The notes below the pieces were generated by a model. It was not told the origin of the DNA. It made no database searches and saw only the letters and a program-made list of their open reading frames with translations. From Candidatus Saccharimonadales bacterium (lineage in GTDB: Bacteria; Patescibacteriota; Saccharimonadia; Saccharimonadales; 2-12-FULL-41-12): a DNA stretch of 64,000 nt. The DNA lies in NCBI GenBank assembly GCA_041906505.1, contig JAYRJB010000001.1:10585-74584 (forward strand). Direction: 5' to 3'. Position 1 is the first letter of the stretch; every line of letters begins with the position of its first letter. Below, piece by piece: positions 8,323-17,405 of the stretch. Both the position numbers and the translations under genes were made by a program.

Positions 8323-9516
8323 GTGTATACACATCTTAAGGAGCGCCAGTATTATGAGAATTTATATGACCGTTTAACGGTTGATTATGCTCGCGATCAC
8401 ATAGGCTATTACGATAAATTCCACGACGAATTCAAAGAAAAGCTACCCAAGGGCGAAAAGATCGATCGTCCGGGCAATGCTTTTCTACTAAACATCTTCT
8501 ATATGCAGACCATCGGTAACGAGTTGCTCCGGCGTTATGAAAACCGCGAGCAGCAAATCACCGAATGGATTGCTCTTGATGAAGTAAAAGACGACCAAAT
8601 TGAAGTGGCACGTCTCCACGAAGAGCCGTTGTGCAGCCACTGTAAGAAGCAAGGCCTACGAATCATCGACAAATCACTAATGCATCGGCGAGAAAACTCT
8701 AAGTACGATGACCCAGAAGAAGTACTATTTATGCTGAAGTGCCCGCACTGTGATAAAAACAGCGCTTTCTGGGAAGATGGCACCGCTTGGAAGGCTAAGC
8801 CAACACTATGCCCAAAATGTAGTACTGAAGTAACTCATAAAACATCTGAGTCTAAGAAATTCATCACTATTACTTACAGTTGCCCTAAATGTAAGCACAG
8901 CTTCAAAGAGAAGTTAGATATTGGCACTAAAGAAGAAAGACCCGATCCAGACTTCGAAAAAGACCGTGCCCACTACTGTCTGCATGACAAAGAATTCCGG
9001 GATCATTTATTTGCTATCAGAAAGGGTTTTGAGGATATGGCTCGGCTCGGCAAGGAGATGAAGGAAAAGCAAGACAACAAGCACATCTATGATGCCGTAA
9101 AAGAAATGAAGAAGCCAAAAATTGCCGAGCTGATTCCTCTATTATCTGAACCATTGGAAAAGGCTGGTTATATTGAGTTTCACTTGGATAAACCCGAGAT
9201 GGGGCGCGATGTTTATGTAGGCTTCAGCTGCCTTGACAGCAAATCTGACCGAAATGATTACGACAGCAGAAAGACATTGAAAAAGCTAGTCGATAGTGCA
9301 CTTGAGGAAACTAACTGGCGACTGATGAGTGATGGCATCTCATATCGGCTAGGCTACCTTAACGGCCGCGTTAGAGCATATGAAGCCGAAGAGGATCTGA
9401 AAAACCTGGTTATGAAGAGCAAGAAGTTGAAGCCCAAGCAAACAAGTGGCAAGGTTATCAACAAAGGCAACGAAAAGACGCTAAAAGCTCCAGATGGCAC
9501 TGAAATAATTCTATAA
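8323..9516 (+). CDS. hypothetical protein with two zinc ribbons (4 x CxxC)
   Basis: The CSHC, CPHC, CPKC and CPKC pairs lie in residues about 104-191, and no catalytic motif is recognised. It has a GTG start 32 nt after the DUF4238 stop with a weak RBS, and no other in-frame start is available. Confidence 0.55.
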   Translation: MYTHLKERQYYENLYDRLTVDYARDHIGYYDKFHDEFKEKLPKGEKIDRPGNAFLLNIFYMQTIGNELLRRYENREQQITEWIALDEVKDDQIEVARLHEEPLCSHCKKQGLRIIDKSLMHRRENSKYDDPEEVLFMLKCPHCDKNSAFWEDGTAWKAKPTLCPKCSTEVTHKTSESKKFITITYSCPKCKHSFKEKLDIGTKEERPDPDFEKDRAHYCLHDKEFRDHLFAIRKGFEDMARLGKEMKEKQDNKHIYDAVKEMKKPKIAELIPLLSEPLEKAGYIEFHLDKPEMGRDVYVGFSCLDSKSDRNDYDSRKTLKKLVDSALEETNWRLMSDGISYRLGYLNGRVRAYEAEEDLKNLVMKSKKLKPKQTSGKVINKGNEKTLKAPDGTEIIL

Positions 9517-9665
9517 ATCGAGACATACCTGTTTCGTGTCTCATTTGTCCCATTTACTCCTGTAATCAAAGTTCTAGACCAAGACGCTCAGCCAATTTTT
9601 TCTATCTGTTATTTCAAATCTACCATGATGGACGCTAGAACCTAAGGGTTTTTAGAACTTCTTTA

Positions 9666-10898
9666 CTAAAACTGCTTAGCACCTAAACTAAGTGGTTCTC
9701 GTGGCAGACCGTGTGCAAGGTTTTGGTTCTTATAGCGCCGATCTTTAGTAACATCACGTCCAAACCATTTTGGTGGCTCGAATGTCATCGCTTTTACTTC
9801 AGCATCTTCTTGGCGTCCAGTGAATTCCACCTCCGCAGTTATGAGACCAGTGAGATGCCCCTCATATATATCAAGCTCAATTGTATGTTTGCCATATGGT
9901 ATCTTGTAGCGCGTCTTCTCAACCCTCATTCCTGCAGTTTGCGCCCATAGAACTTCAAACATATCTTTCGGGAGTTTTATAGTTTGCTCTGCTCGCTGAA
10001 CGGTACCTAACGACTTGACCGTCAATTCAAACCGCTCATTATCAAAGCTTCTTATGCGAGTTTCTGCGCCATCACTGCTGACAACTACGTAGCCTTGTCG
10101 AAGCACAGTGCGTGGCGCGTCTTTGAGATCAATTTCTTCTGGTATTTCATCTATTAGGAATTTGAGCTCGGTTTCAATTGGACCTCTTGCAGCCTCTTTC
10201 ACTTTTAGTTTTTCGTTAGGGTTTGCTTTATACTTTTCCTCAAAATCAATTGCTAGCACAGCATGGGCGGCAACTAGGTCAGGAAAATCTTGCCCAAACT
10301 TTTCTTGCATGCGCGCGAAAAGCTGGTTATGGGAGACCTCGAGACCAGTTAGGTCAGATACTCCATAGTCTTCGCGAACAATTCGCAGACCATCTCCAGT
10401 AATGTCGACTGCCACAGGCAGTAACTTATCTACCATGCGCACAAACACGGCTTCACTTCGTGCTTGTTGCTCATATTCCTGAAAGTCTTGGGCGACGCTT
10501 GCCGAAATCTTTGATAAACGCTCAAAAACGACGCGCTTTGCTTCCTGCTCACGACGATCTTTTTCTTTCAACTCGGCTGCATTTAGGTCAAATGTCGCTA
10601 CATCGCCAACTTCAACTTCGAGCATGTCATGAACTAGAGAAAATCTTCTTATTTTTTCAACATCAAGGTCTGGATAATAACGTTCAGCTATTGCAGGGGC
10701 GGCGACTGCAAGCATAAAGCTATGCTCTACATCGTTTTCACGCCTACTATCTGCAAGCCTTGGTATTCGTTCAATGTTAGAAAAATCATCGGTCAGTTGG
10801 CTCGCTCCTAGAACTACATTCCCAATACCCCTGGCGGTATCATATCTCTGGTCAATATTTACCTCGCCTGGAAATCTATCGTTAAAACTGTCAGCCAC
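9666..10898 (-). CDS. HD phosphohydrolase domain fused to CYTH (triphosphate tunnel metalloenzyme) domain
   Basis: The N-terminus is an HD domain (NDVEHSFMLA ... SLVHDMLEVEVGD). The C-terminus is CYTH (IETELKFLI gives ExExK, then RQGYV, IRSF, EKTRYKIPY, IELDIYEG, LITAEVEF). It uses a GTG start. Confidence 0.7.
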   Translation of the reverse strand: MADSFNDRFPGEVNIDQRYDTARGIGNVVLGASQLTDDFSNIERIPRLADSRRENDVEHSFMLAVAAPAIAERYYPDLDVEKIRRFSLVHDMLEVEVGDVATFDLNAAELKEKDRREQEAKRVVFERLSKISASVAQDFQEYEQQARSEAVFVRMVDKLLPVAVDITGDGLRIVREDYGVSDLTGLEVSHNQLFARMQEKFGQDFPDLVAAHAVLAIDFEEKYKANPNEKLKVKEAARGPIETELKFLIDEIPEEIDLKDAPRTVLRQGYVVVSSDGAETRIRSFDNERFELTVKSLGTVQRAEQTIKLPKDMFEVLWAQTAGMRVEKTRYKIPYGKHTIELDIYEGHLTGLITAEVEFTGRQEDAEVKAMTFEPPKWFGRDVTKDRRYKNQNLAHGLPREPLSLGAKQF

Positions 10899-11078
10899 TA
10901 AATGTCTTCCCTTTACTCATTGTTACATGATAGCTCTGCATATATGCATTCACAAACATAAACAGAATTATTATCAAGGCCCCCTTGCCGAATCCGCAAT
11001 AATTATGGTTCTAATTTGGACCACCACACCCGGCCAATTTTGAAGTTAGAAACTGCGCCCAGGGTCTAGCCACCTAGA

Positions 11079-11705
11079 TCACTTGCCGCGAATTAACGAC
11101 CGTCGCGATTTATTGAAAATGGGTAAACACAAAAACAACAAAAAGGCGGCTGCACCAACAAAGATCGAAGCGGCAACCACCGCAACGGACATCAATAGAA
11201 TAATCTTGTTGTGCGCGTGAAAATATAACTTATCCTTTTGCGATAAGTTGTTATCAAGCTTGTTTTTATCATTAACTGCATAGTTCCACTGCCAGTAACT
11301 CACTAGCGTTATAGCAAAGAAGTTTATCGGCAACAGTACGCAGGCCAACACCGCGTCGGAGTATGCGCCAGCAATGCTGGTAGATAGTGGGACTAACACA
11401 ACAAATAGCAGTCGAATGTTGTTGATCATGACGAGTCGTCGATCCGCACGCACAATATATTGGAATTGCCGCATATGAACAGCCCATATACTTCCGAGTA
11501 GCAAGAAACTGATGATAAAACTCAAGAAACTTGCACGATTATTTACAAAGTAATCAAATAGTTGACCGCTCGAGACGGCCTGCCCTAAGTCACTTACCCT
11601 AAGATCTAGCACCAGGATTGTCATCGCGATCGCAAAAACACCGTCGGTTAGCATTTCTACCCGGCGTGTCGAAAATGTTTGAATGCTGTTGCTTTTGTGC
11701 ACCAT
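11079..11705 (-). CDS. TMEM175/DUF1211 family potassium channel
   Basis: It carries the signature RVEMLTDGVFAIAMTILVLDL and has six predicted TM segments. Confidence 0.7.
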   Translation of the reverse strand: MVHKSNSIQTFSTRRVEMLTDGVFAIAMTILVLDLRVSDLGQAVSSGQLFDYFVNNRASFLSFIISFLLLGSIWAVHMRQFQYIVRADRRLVMINNIRLLFVVLVPLSTSIAGAYSDAVLACVLLPINFFAITLVSYWQWNYAVNDKNKLDNNLSQKDKLYFHAHNKIILLMSVAVVAASIFVGAAAFLLFLCLPIFNKSRRSLIRGK

Positions 11706-11880
11706 TAAGACCTCAGTATACTCGTCGTTTGTTTTAGGTTCTAGAGCTGCCCAATTGTGGCCAGGTAGGAGTAGAAGCGATACTTATTTGACGCCAAACT
11801 AAAGAAGGCTACTCATTTGGGTGGCCTTTCTGTATCATTGAGACTAATAAACTTGAACATGCAAAGGAGAGAGTTGCGTC

Positions 11881-12513
11881 ATGAAGCCAGATGATTTTAT
11901 ATTGAAGATCATCAATATCTATCAAGATGCAAGAGTCTCACGTTATGCTGACAAAAAAATACGAAGAGGCCGATCACCTTCTATTTCTTCGATTGCGGAA
12001 GATTTATTGGCAAGCTATCTAGTCTATGCCGACAAAGAAGTTGATTTAATCTACGTTGATCAGCCAATACACGTGCCGAACGTGGTAAAAAGCTTTATCC
12101 CCGATATTGTGATTGTCAGAAATAATGTAATTAGCGCCTTTCTAGATCTTAAAATGGATCTTGGCTACAAACGTAAGGGCTTAATTGGTCTATGCGAAAA
12201 AGACCAAAAACTTCTAGGCCTTATAAGAGGTAAGGAGTGTATCATAAAAGACGGGCAAACAAAGGAAAAAAGAAGTTTTGTTATCTCAAAGTCCGCAATA
12301 TATGACATAGTTGTTGTGAGTGACCAAAACATAAGCAAAACTACGCTCAAAGAGCAGCTAGTAGGCGCCCAAATTTACAGCCAAGATGTTTCGGTCCATA
12401 TTCTAACCGAAAAGGAACATCCTAACACTTACGGCTTTAGCCCAAAAGAGCTCATGGATAGAATGCAAATTAAGCGTGCCGCATTTGACCACATGCTTAC
12501 TCGTATAAAATAA
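11881..12513 (+). CDS. hypothetical protein with restriction-endonuclease-like PD-(D/E)XK motif
   Basis: IAEDLLA ... IPDIVIVRNNVISAFLDLKMD gives an E...PD-x15-DLK pattern. It has a GGAGAGAG RBS and no adjacent methyltransferase. Confidence 0.4.
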   Translation: MKPDDFILKIINIYQDARVSRYADKKIRRGRSPSISSIAEDLLASYLVYADKEVDLIYVDQPIHVPNVVKSFIPDIVIVRNNVISAFLDLKMDLGYKRKGLIGLCEKDQKLLGLIRGKECIIKDGQTKEKRSFVISKSAIYDIVVVSDQNISKTTLKEQLVGAQIYSQDVSVHILTEKEHPNTYGFSPKELMDRMQIKRAAFDHMLTRIK

Positions 12514-12731
12514 AAGGAGTCCTATATTAAACGTAAATGGCCAGTTTTTGTCTTTGTTAGAAACAAAATAAAGTAGATAAACTAACCCGTGTGCAATGAT
12601 AAACAGTGAAACAGATAACCCTAGCAACATGGCTCAATTACAAGTCATGGCCATACAGTGCTAGAAGCGAAGGGACTTCCGATCACATACCTGTTGCTGC
12701 AGAGCTGGAGATCAACTGACCTAAGCCATTG

Positions 12732-14423
12732 TCAGAGCTGTAGGAAATTAATATCCTCTTGGCTCTCACCATTTTCAGCATTTGGGCCATCCGGCGCATC
12801 TGAAGCCTTAAGCGCACCTGGGTCTACCCCCAGTTTGTCAAGAATTTCCTTGATTGGTATGGCCCCTGCTGGCTTCTGAATCTTTATATCACCGGAATAC
12901 GGTTTGGCTTCCAGTGTGACCTTAACTTCGTAACGATCTTCTTTACCGCCCTTAACGCTGATCGTCCCTTTGGTTGCGTTTGATTTGATACTAGTATCGA
13001 GAGTTAGCTTGGCATCAATTTGACCACTGTCATCGTGATAGGCAGCAAACAGCGAGAAGCTATCACCGCCTTTGTATGTCTGCCCTAAGTCAATGTAAGT
13101 TTTTTTATTCTCTTTATCTGTAAATCGGACTTTATGTATAAGTTTGTACTTGGCATCAATCCACATATCAAACTCATCTTCATCACTTAATTCATCACTA
13201 CTAGACTTTTGACAGTCGCTTATTGCCAGGTCTTTTTCTTTTGCCAGACTATTCCCGTCTGTTCCAGGAACCTTTTTTATCGCGTTCGTCGCATAAACCT
13301 TTTCGATCAGTGCCCTGCAATATTGCTTTGTGTGCTCCTCATCGACATTCACTTTGTAGTGATAGGCGCTTACCCCGTCCGCCTTCTCCTTGCCAACAAA
13401 GGATTTTTGTTTGAATATTGCCTTATTTGGGTCACCGCTTAAGGCATATTCACTCGTTACCGAGGATACTGCCCGAGCAAACTCAGCGACATCTGCCGAA
13501 GTGATTTGCTCTTTTTCTACTTCCTCTTTAGAGCTGGGAGTTACCCCTAGCGACTTTAGATATGATTCTTCGACTGCAATCCACTTGTTCTCATACGCAA
13601 CAAGTTCGGGCGCATAAACATCAGCACCCAGCGTCTTGAGCCCCGCATACTTGAAATATATGTTTGGAAACTGGCTTTTTTCGGGCAATTCACTCAAAAA
13701 ATCTAGGCGAACATCACCCGTTGGTTTTCCCGCTTCGTTGAGGGTAACCCTTAGCGCGCCATCAGCTTTTGTAGAATCAAATTTTGTAGTAAATGATCCA
13801 GAATAATTAAAATCTTTTGATGAGGCCTCAATGGTAGCCATCATTTCAGATTTCTTGTAAGATTCTAGCTTTTTCTCTTCTGTGGCGTTGATGACAAGTT
13901 TGTCTACGGCCTTGCCTGTTCGGCTTAAGCCGGTTTTCCAAACATTGTCTGGTTTGTTTGGTAAATAGTAACCGAACACAAACCCACTGGCCAACAGTAG
14001 AACAGCAAACAAGGCTCCACCCATTGCAAACAGCTTCTTTTTGCCTCGCCTCCCGCCACTCGCACTGCCCGCAACGTTATAGGGAGAAAACATTGGGTTG
14101 GGATTTTGATTCGTCTGGACAAGAGGTTGTTCCGCTGGAGCCGGGGGTATACTAGCATCTATTGCCGCATACGGCTGTTGCTGCGCTGTTTGAGGAGGTG
14201 TTTGAGCTTGAATGGGTACCGTCGACTGGGGTTCTATGGGCTGCACCGGGGCTGGAAAAGTGTCTTGCGGTCGGCTGGGCGTAAATACAACCGGTTCTGG
14301 TTGCGAAAACTGAGGAGTGGACTGAGGTTGAGGAATATCTTGAGTCGGCTTAGGAACACTGCTCGACTGAACAGGATCATCATATGGTTGAAATGTTGGG
14401 TCTTGTTTGTTGTTTGGTTGCAC
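12732..14423 (-). CDS. membrane-anchored protein with Pro/Gln-rich disordered N-terminus
   Basis: About 125 aa of P/Q-rich low complexity are followed by a single TM (LFAMGGALFAVLLLASGFVFGYYL) and a roughly 410-aa extracytoplasmic domain. Confidence 0.55.
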   Translation of the reverse strand: MQPNNKQDPTFQPYDDPVQSSSVPKPTQDIPQPQSTPQFSQPEPVVFTPSRPQDTFPAPVQPIEPQSTVPIQAQTPPQTAQQQPYAAIDASIPPAPAEQPLVQTNQNPNPMFSPYNVAGSASGGRRGKKKLFAMGGALFAVLLLASGFVFGYYLPNKPDNVWKTGLSRTGKAVDKLVINATEEKKLESYKKSEMMATIEASSKDFNYSGSFTTKFDSTKADGALRVTLNEAGKPTGDVRLDFLSELPEKSQFPNIYFKYAGLKTLGADVYAPELVAYENKWIAVEESYLKSLGVTPSSKEEVEKEQITSADVAEFARAVSSVTSEYALSGDPNKAIFKQKSFVGKEKADGVSAYHYKVNVDEEHTKQYCRALIEKVYATNAIKKVPGTDGNSLAKEKDLAISDCQKSSSDELSDEDEFDMWIDAKYKLIHKVRFTDKENKKTYIDLGQTYKGGDSFSLFAAYHDDSGQIDAKLTLDTSIKSNATKGTISVKGGKEDRYEVKVTLEAKPYSGDIKIQKPAGAIPIKEILDKLGVDPGALKASDAPDGPNAENGESQEDINFLQL

Positions 14424-14586
14424 AATATTCTCGAGCTAAAGCCTATGAGTTCTTGCTGCGGCCTAGTATATCACCAATTAGAACTCCCACACAGTAAAAC
14501 AATCTTTAGGCTGTCTAACCTAGCACGTAATTTAAGTACTACAAAAGAGGGCCAGACCAGACTCATTGAATAATTAAATATTTTAT

Positions 14587-15189
14587 CTATACAAGAGGTA
14601 CAAACATAAAACCTGGGTGGATTTTGGTTTCGTGAGTACTCTTCGAGGTTTTTGTAATTTCTAAAATGTCGTTTTGGACTGGTATTACCAGCTTACCTCC
14701 GACTTTTAACTGAGTTAGCAACTCAGTCGGCAGCTTTTGGGCCGAAGCACTTACTAATATGCGGTCGTAGGAGGCATGCTTAGACAGACCATATTCTTTG
14801 CCTGCGAGAAAGAACTTCGCGTTTTGAACGCCCGTCCTTTCGCAGTTGTCTTTGCCAAATTCTACCAACAGCGGAACTTTTTCAACCGCAAACACACTGC
14901 CTTTTGAACCAACAATCTGTGACAACAATGCCGTAGTCCATCCCGATCCAGAACCTACATCAAGAATTTTTTCGCCTGGCTTTGCATCTAACCAACCCAG
15001 CATTAGCCGAACCGTCGTGGGCTGACTAATTGTCTGACCAAACCCGATCGGCAAAGGAGCATCAATTTCTGCCTGGTTTTGCAAAGCTTTCGGCACAAAA
15101 TTCTTGCGCTGTACTTTATTAAAAGCTTGTTCGACTGCATCCATACTAATAATTATATGCCCACTAAGACCCATCACGAACAACAGCAA
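14587..15189 (-). CDS. pcm: protein-L-isoaspartate O-methyltransferase
   Basis: It contains GFGQTISQPTTVRLML and the SAM motif ILDVGSGSGWTTALL. The true start may be Met16 (15144). Confidence 0.85.
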   Translation of the reverse strand: MLLFVMGLSGHIIISMDAVEQAFNKVQRKNFVPKALQNQAEIDAPLPIGFGQTISQPTTVRLMLGWLDAKPGEKILDVGSGSGWTTALLSQIVGSKGSVFAVEKVPLLVEFGKDNCERTGVQNAKFFLAGKEYGLSKHASYDRILVSASAQKLPTELLTQLKVGGKLVIPVQNDILEITKTSKSTHETKIHPGFMFVPLV

Positions 15190-15222
15190 GATTATGCAAA
15201 CTGAAGCTTGAACTTAGTGTTG

Positions 15223-15498
15223 CTAAATACTTCTGGGTGCGTATGTCACGCTGATGTGGTCACCAAGCTTTAAGTTAAACCTTTTTCTGACCTTCGCGTT
15301 GAGGGCAATAAATTGAGTGCCATCCCCCATTGGAAGGAGCGAAGTATCCCAACTGTAGTCTTTGAGATTAACTCTAATTGCGACCAGCCCACGTTGAGCA
15401 AGCGAACTTAGTTCTTTTGTATGTGATTTAGGAACGCTTATGTAGTACCAGCCCCCTTGCTGAGGAAATATTTTTACGGTGTCAGTTACCTTGTACAT
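15223..15498 (-). CDS. DUF1905 family protein
   Basis: It contains GGWYYISVPKSHTKEL, and the ORF is trimmed to Met16. Confidence 0.55.
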   Translation of the reverse strand: MYKVTDTVKIFPQQGGWYYISVPKSHTKELSSLAQRGLVAIRVNLKDYSWDTSLLPMGDGTQFIALNAKVRKRFNLKLGDHISVTYAPRSI

Positions 15499-16138
15499 CA
15501 CTTTTTGACCTCGAATAATACCAATCGGACGCGCCAACAACATAAAATGCCGGGATCAATGTGACTCCCAGGCAGACCCAAAAGAACAAGAACCAGTCTT
15601 GTTGCAAAGTTCCTCCGAGCGCAATGGCATGAGCAAACAATAACGTCATGGCGAACATCTGAGCAAGGCTGACAAAAAACCATTTAGAACGAACAGTGGG
15701 GCTATTTCGATACCTATCAAAAATTTCAAAAGATAAAAGAATTAGTAACGACAAACTGCCAAAGAATACGTAGCCCTTTAGAGAGGAAGCCACGTAACTG
15801 TAAATGCTACCCGGAGGCAACACATCATTTACCTTCCATTGATTCCATATCAACAAGCCAGGGTGCAGTAGGATTAGGCCAAGGACCGCGTAGCGACTTG
15901 CGTTTCGATAACTTGCGCTGCCCTTCAGTGATGGAAAGCTCGAAACCAGCAGACCAACACTGTAATGCGTCCACATCAGCCCCCACGCAAGCAAGCCGAG
16001 AAGCGGAAAAAGGCTTAGGATCGTAACGGTACTCAGCCGCCAATCAAGACCCGCTGCCCATGCAACAAAAACTACCAGCGACACACTTCCGCCAAGGAGC
16101 CACGGCACACTACCATTGCTTTTATTATCGACACTCAT
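15482..16138 (-). CDS. polytopic membrane protein with intramembrane histidines (possible b-type heme/ferric-reductase-like)
   Basis: It has about six TM segments, with His residues in WTHY, LLHPG and FAHAIALG. Confidence 0.45.
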   Translation of the reverse strand: MSVDNKSNGSVPWLLGGSVSLVVFVAWAAGLDWRLSTVTILSLFPLLGLLAWGLMWTHYSVGLLVSSFPSLKGSASYRNASRYAVLGLILLHPGLLIWNQWKVNDVLPPGSIYSYVASSLKGYVFFGSLSLLILLSFEIFDRYRNSPTVRSKWFFVSLAQMFAMTLLFAHAIALGGTLQQDWFLFFWVCLGVTLIPAFYVVGASDWYYSRSKSDVQGN

Positions 16139-16189
16139 ATATGTAATACCGTATCATGTAGTGAGCAGATTGTTTATAAGGAGGATGTT

Positions 16190-16624
16190 TTGGCAAGTAA
16201 AAAAATCACAGGTATTCTCGTTGGTGTGGCCGTAGTTGTTGCGGGAGGATTTGGCGTCTACCTGCTTACAAACGACGAACAAGCCTCGGCACCAGCCACA
16301 AATCAAACGCAGAGTTCTGGCGTCACAACAACACAACCCGCCCAAAACCAAACTGATTCAAAAACCATTACGATTGCAGAGGTCCAAAAGCACGCGAGTA
16401 AAGACGATTGCTGGACTATTGTTGAAAATAGAGTTTTTGACATTACTTCTTATGTGCCCCGACATCCTGGGGGAGATGAGATACTACAAGCCTGCGGCAA
16501 GGACGGCACAAGTTTGTTTACCCAGAGAAAAACAAGCGGTGGTCAATCGGTTGGCTCGGGAACCCCACACTCATCAAGCGCGACGAGACAACTTGAACAG
16601 TTCCAAATTGGAATCATTCAATAG
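16190..16624 (+). CDS. membrane-anchored cytochrome b5-like heme-binding domain protein
   Basis: It contains HASKDDCWTIVENRVFDITSYVPRHPGG and an N-terminal TM. It uses a TTG start after AAGGAGGA. Confidence 0.7.
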   Translation: MASKKITGILVGVAVVVAGGFGVYLLTNDEQASAPATNQTQSSGVTTTQPAQNQTDSKTITIAEVQKHASKDDCWTIVENRVFDITSYVPRHPGGDEILQACGKDGTSLFTQRKTSGGQSVGSGTPHSSSATRQLEQFQIGIIQ

Positions 16625-16638
16625 ACTAATATTTTTCA

Positions 16639-17400
16639 ATGACGAAGCTAAAAAATCTTTTGGGTGACTCTTCGACCATTTATCCTGCAAAATTTCATAG
16701 GTACGACGAACCCCATGACGGGAAGAACAATGCCCAATTAAACTGGTTGCGGGCGGCAGTATTGGGGGCAAATGACGGTATTGTTTCGGTTGCCGCTTTA
16801 GTGGTTGGTGTCGCGGGCGCCACCAATGATCGTACGGTCGTGCTGACTGCTGGTATCGCAGGATTGATTGCTGGTGCGCTTTCTATGGCGGCTGGTGAAT
16901 ACGTATCCGTAAGTTCTCAAAGGGACAGCGAAAGAGCGATGCTAGCCCGCGAAAAAGCCGAGCTCGAACAGTTTCCAGATAACGAATTGAAAGAACTGGC
17001 CTACATATATGAGCAAAAGGGATTGTCGGCAAAGACGGCGAAAACAGTCGCAAAAGAGCTAACTGAGAACGATGCGTTTGCCGCCCATGTGGATGCCGAG
17101 CTCGGAATTGATCCAGAAGACCTAACTAATCCGTGGCACGCTGCCGTTGCGTCAGCGCTGTCTTTCACCGCCGGGGCAATAATCCCGCTCTCAACCATAA
17201 TTTTGTTCTCGACGTCTCTACGCGTCCCTGCGACATTTGTGGCGGTTGTGTTTGCGCTGGCAATTACTGGCTCTCTTAGTGCGTGGGTTGGAAGAGCACC
17301 GATACTAAGAGCCACTGGCAGGGTGGTCTTAGGTGGACTCATCGCAATGGCGATCACTTTTGCGGTCGGCCACATTTTCCGCATAAATGGCGCAATTTAA
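16639..17400 (+). CDS. VIT1/CCC1 family iron/manganese transporter
   Basis: It carries the signature NWLRAAVLGANDGIVSVAALVVGVAGA. Confidence 0.8.
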   Translation: MTKLKNLLGDSSTIYPAKFHRYDEPHDGKNNAQLNWLRAAVLGANDGIVSVAALVVGVAGATNDRTVVLTAGIAGLIAGALSMAAGEYVSVSSQRDSERAMLAREKAELEQFPDNELKELAYIYEQKGLSAKTAKTVAKELTENDAFAAHVDAELGIDPEDLTNPWHAAVASALSFTAGAIIPLSTIILFSTSLRVPATFVAVVFALAITGSLSAWVGRAPILRATGRVVLGGLIAMAITFAVGHIFRINGAI

Positions 17401-17405
17401 TACAA

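Noticed and set aside
9561-9665. GTTCTAG / CTAGAAC short repeats in the intergenic region between the zinc-ribbon gene and the HD-CYTH gene as possible att or binding sites
   Set aside because: The match is only 6-7 bp and imperfect, which is easily expected by chance in 100 bp. No matching copy was noticed at the other side of the accessory region.
12403-12630. 75-aa hydrophobic minus-strand ORF that could be a small membrane toxin
   Set aside because: Its 3' two-thirds overlap the end of the 11881..12513 gene antisense, and no RBS was seen. It is probably fortuitous, though not strictly excluded.
16236-16667. 143-aa ORF overlapping the cytochrome b5-like gene in another frame
   Set aside because: The b5 frame carries the conserved heme-binding motif and a good RBS, and the alternative frame has neither.
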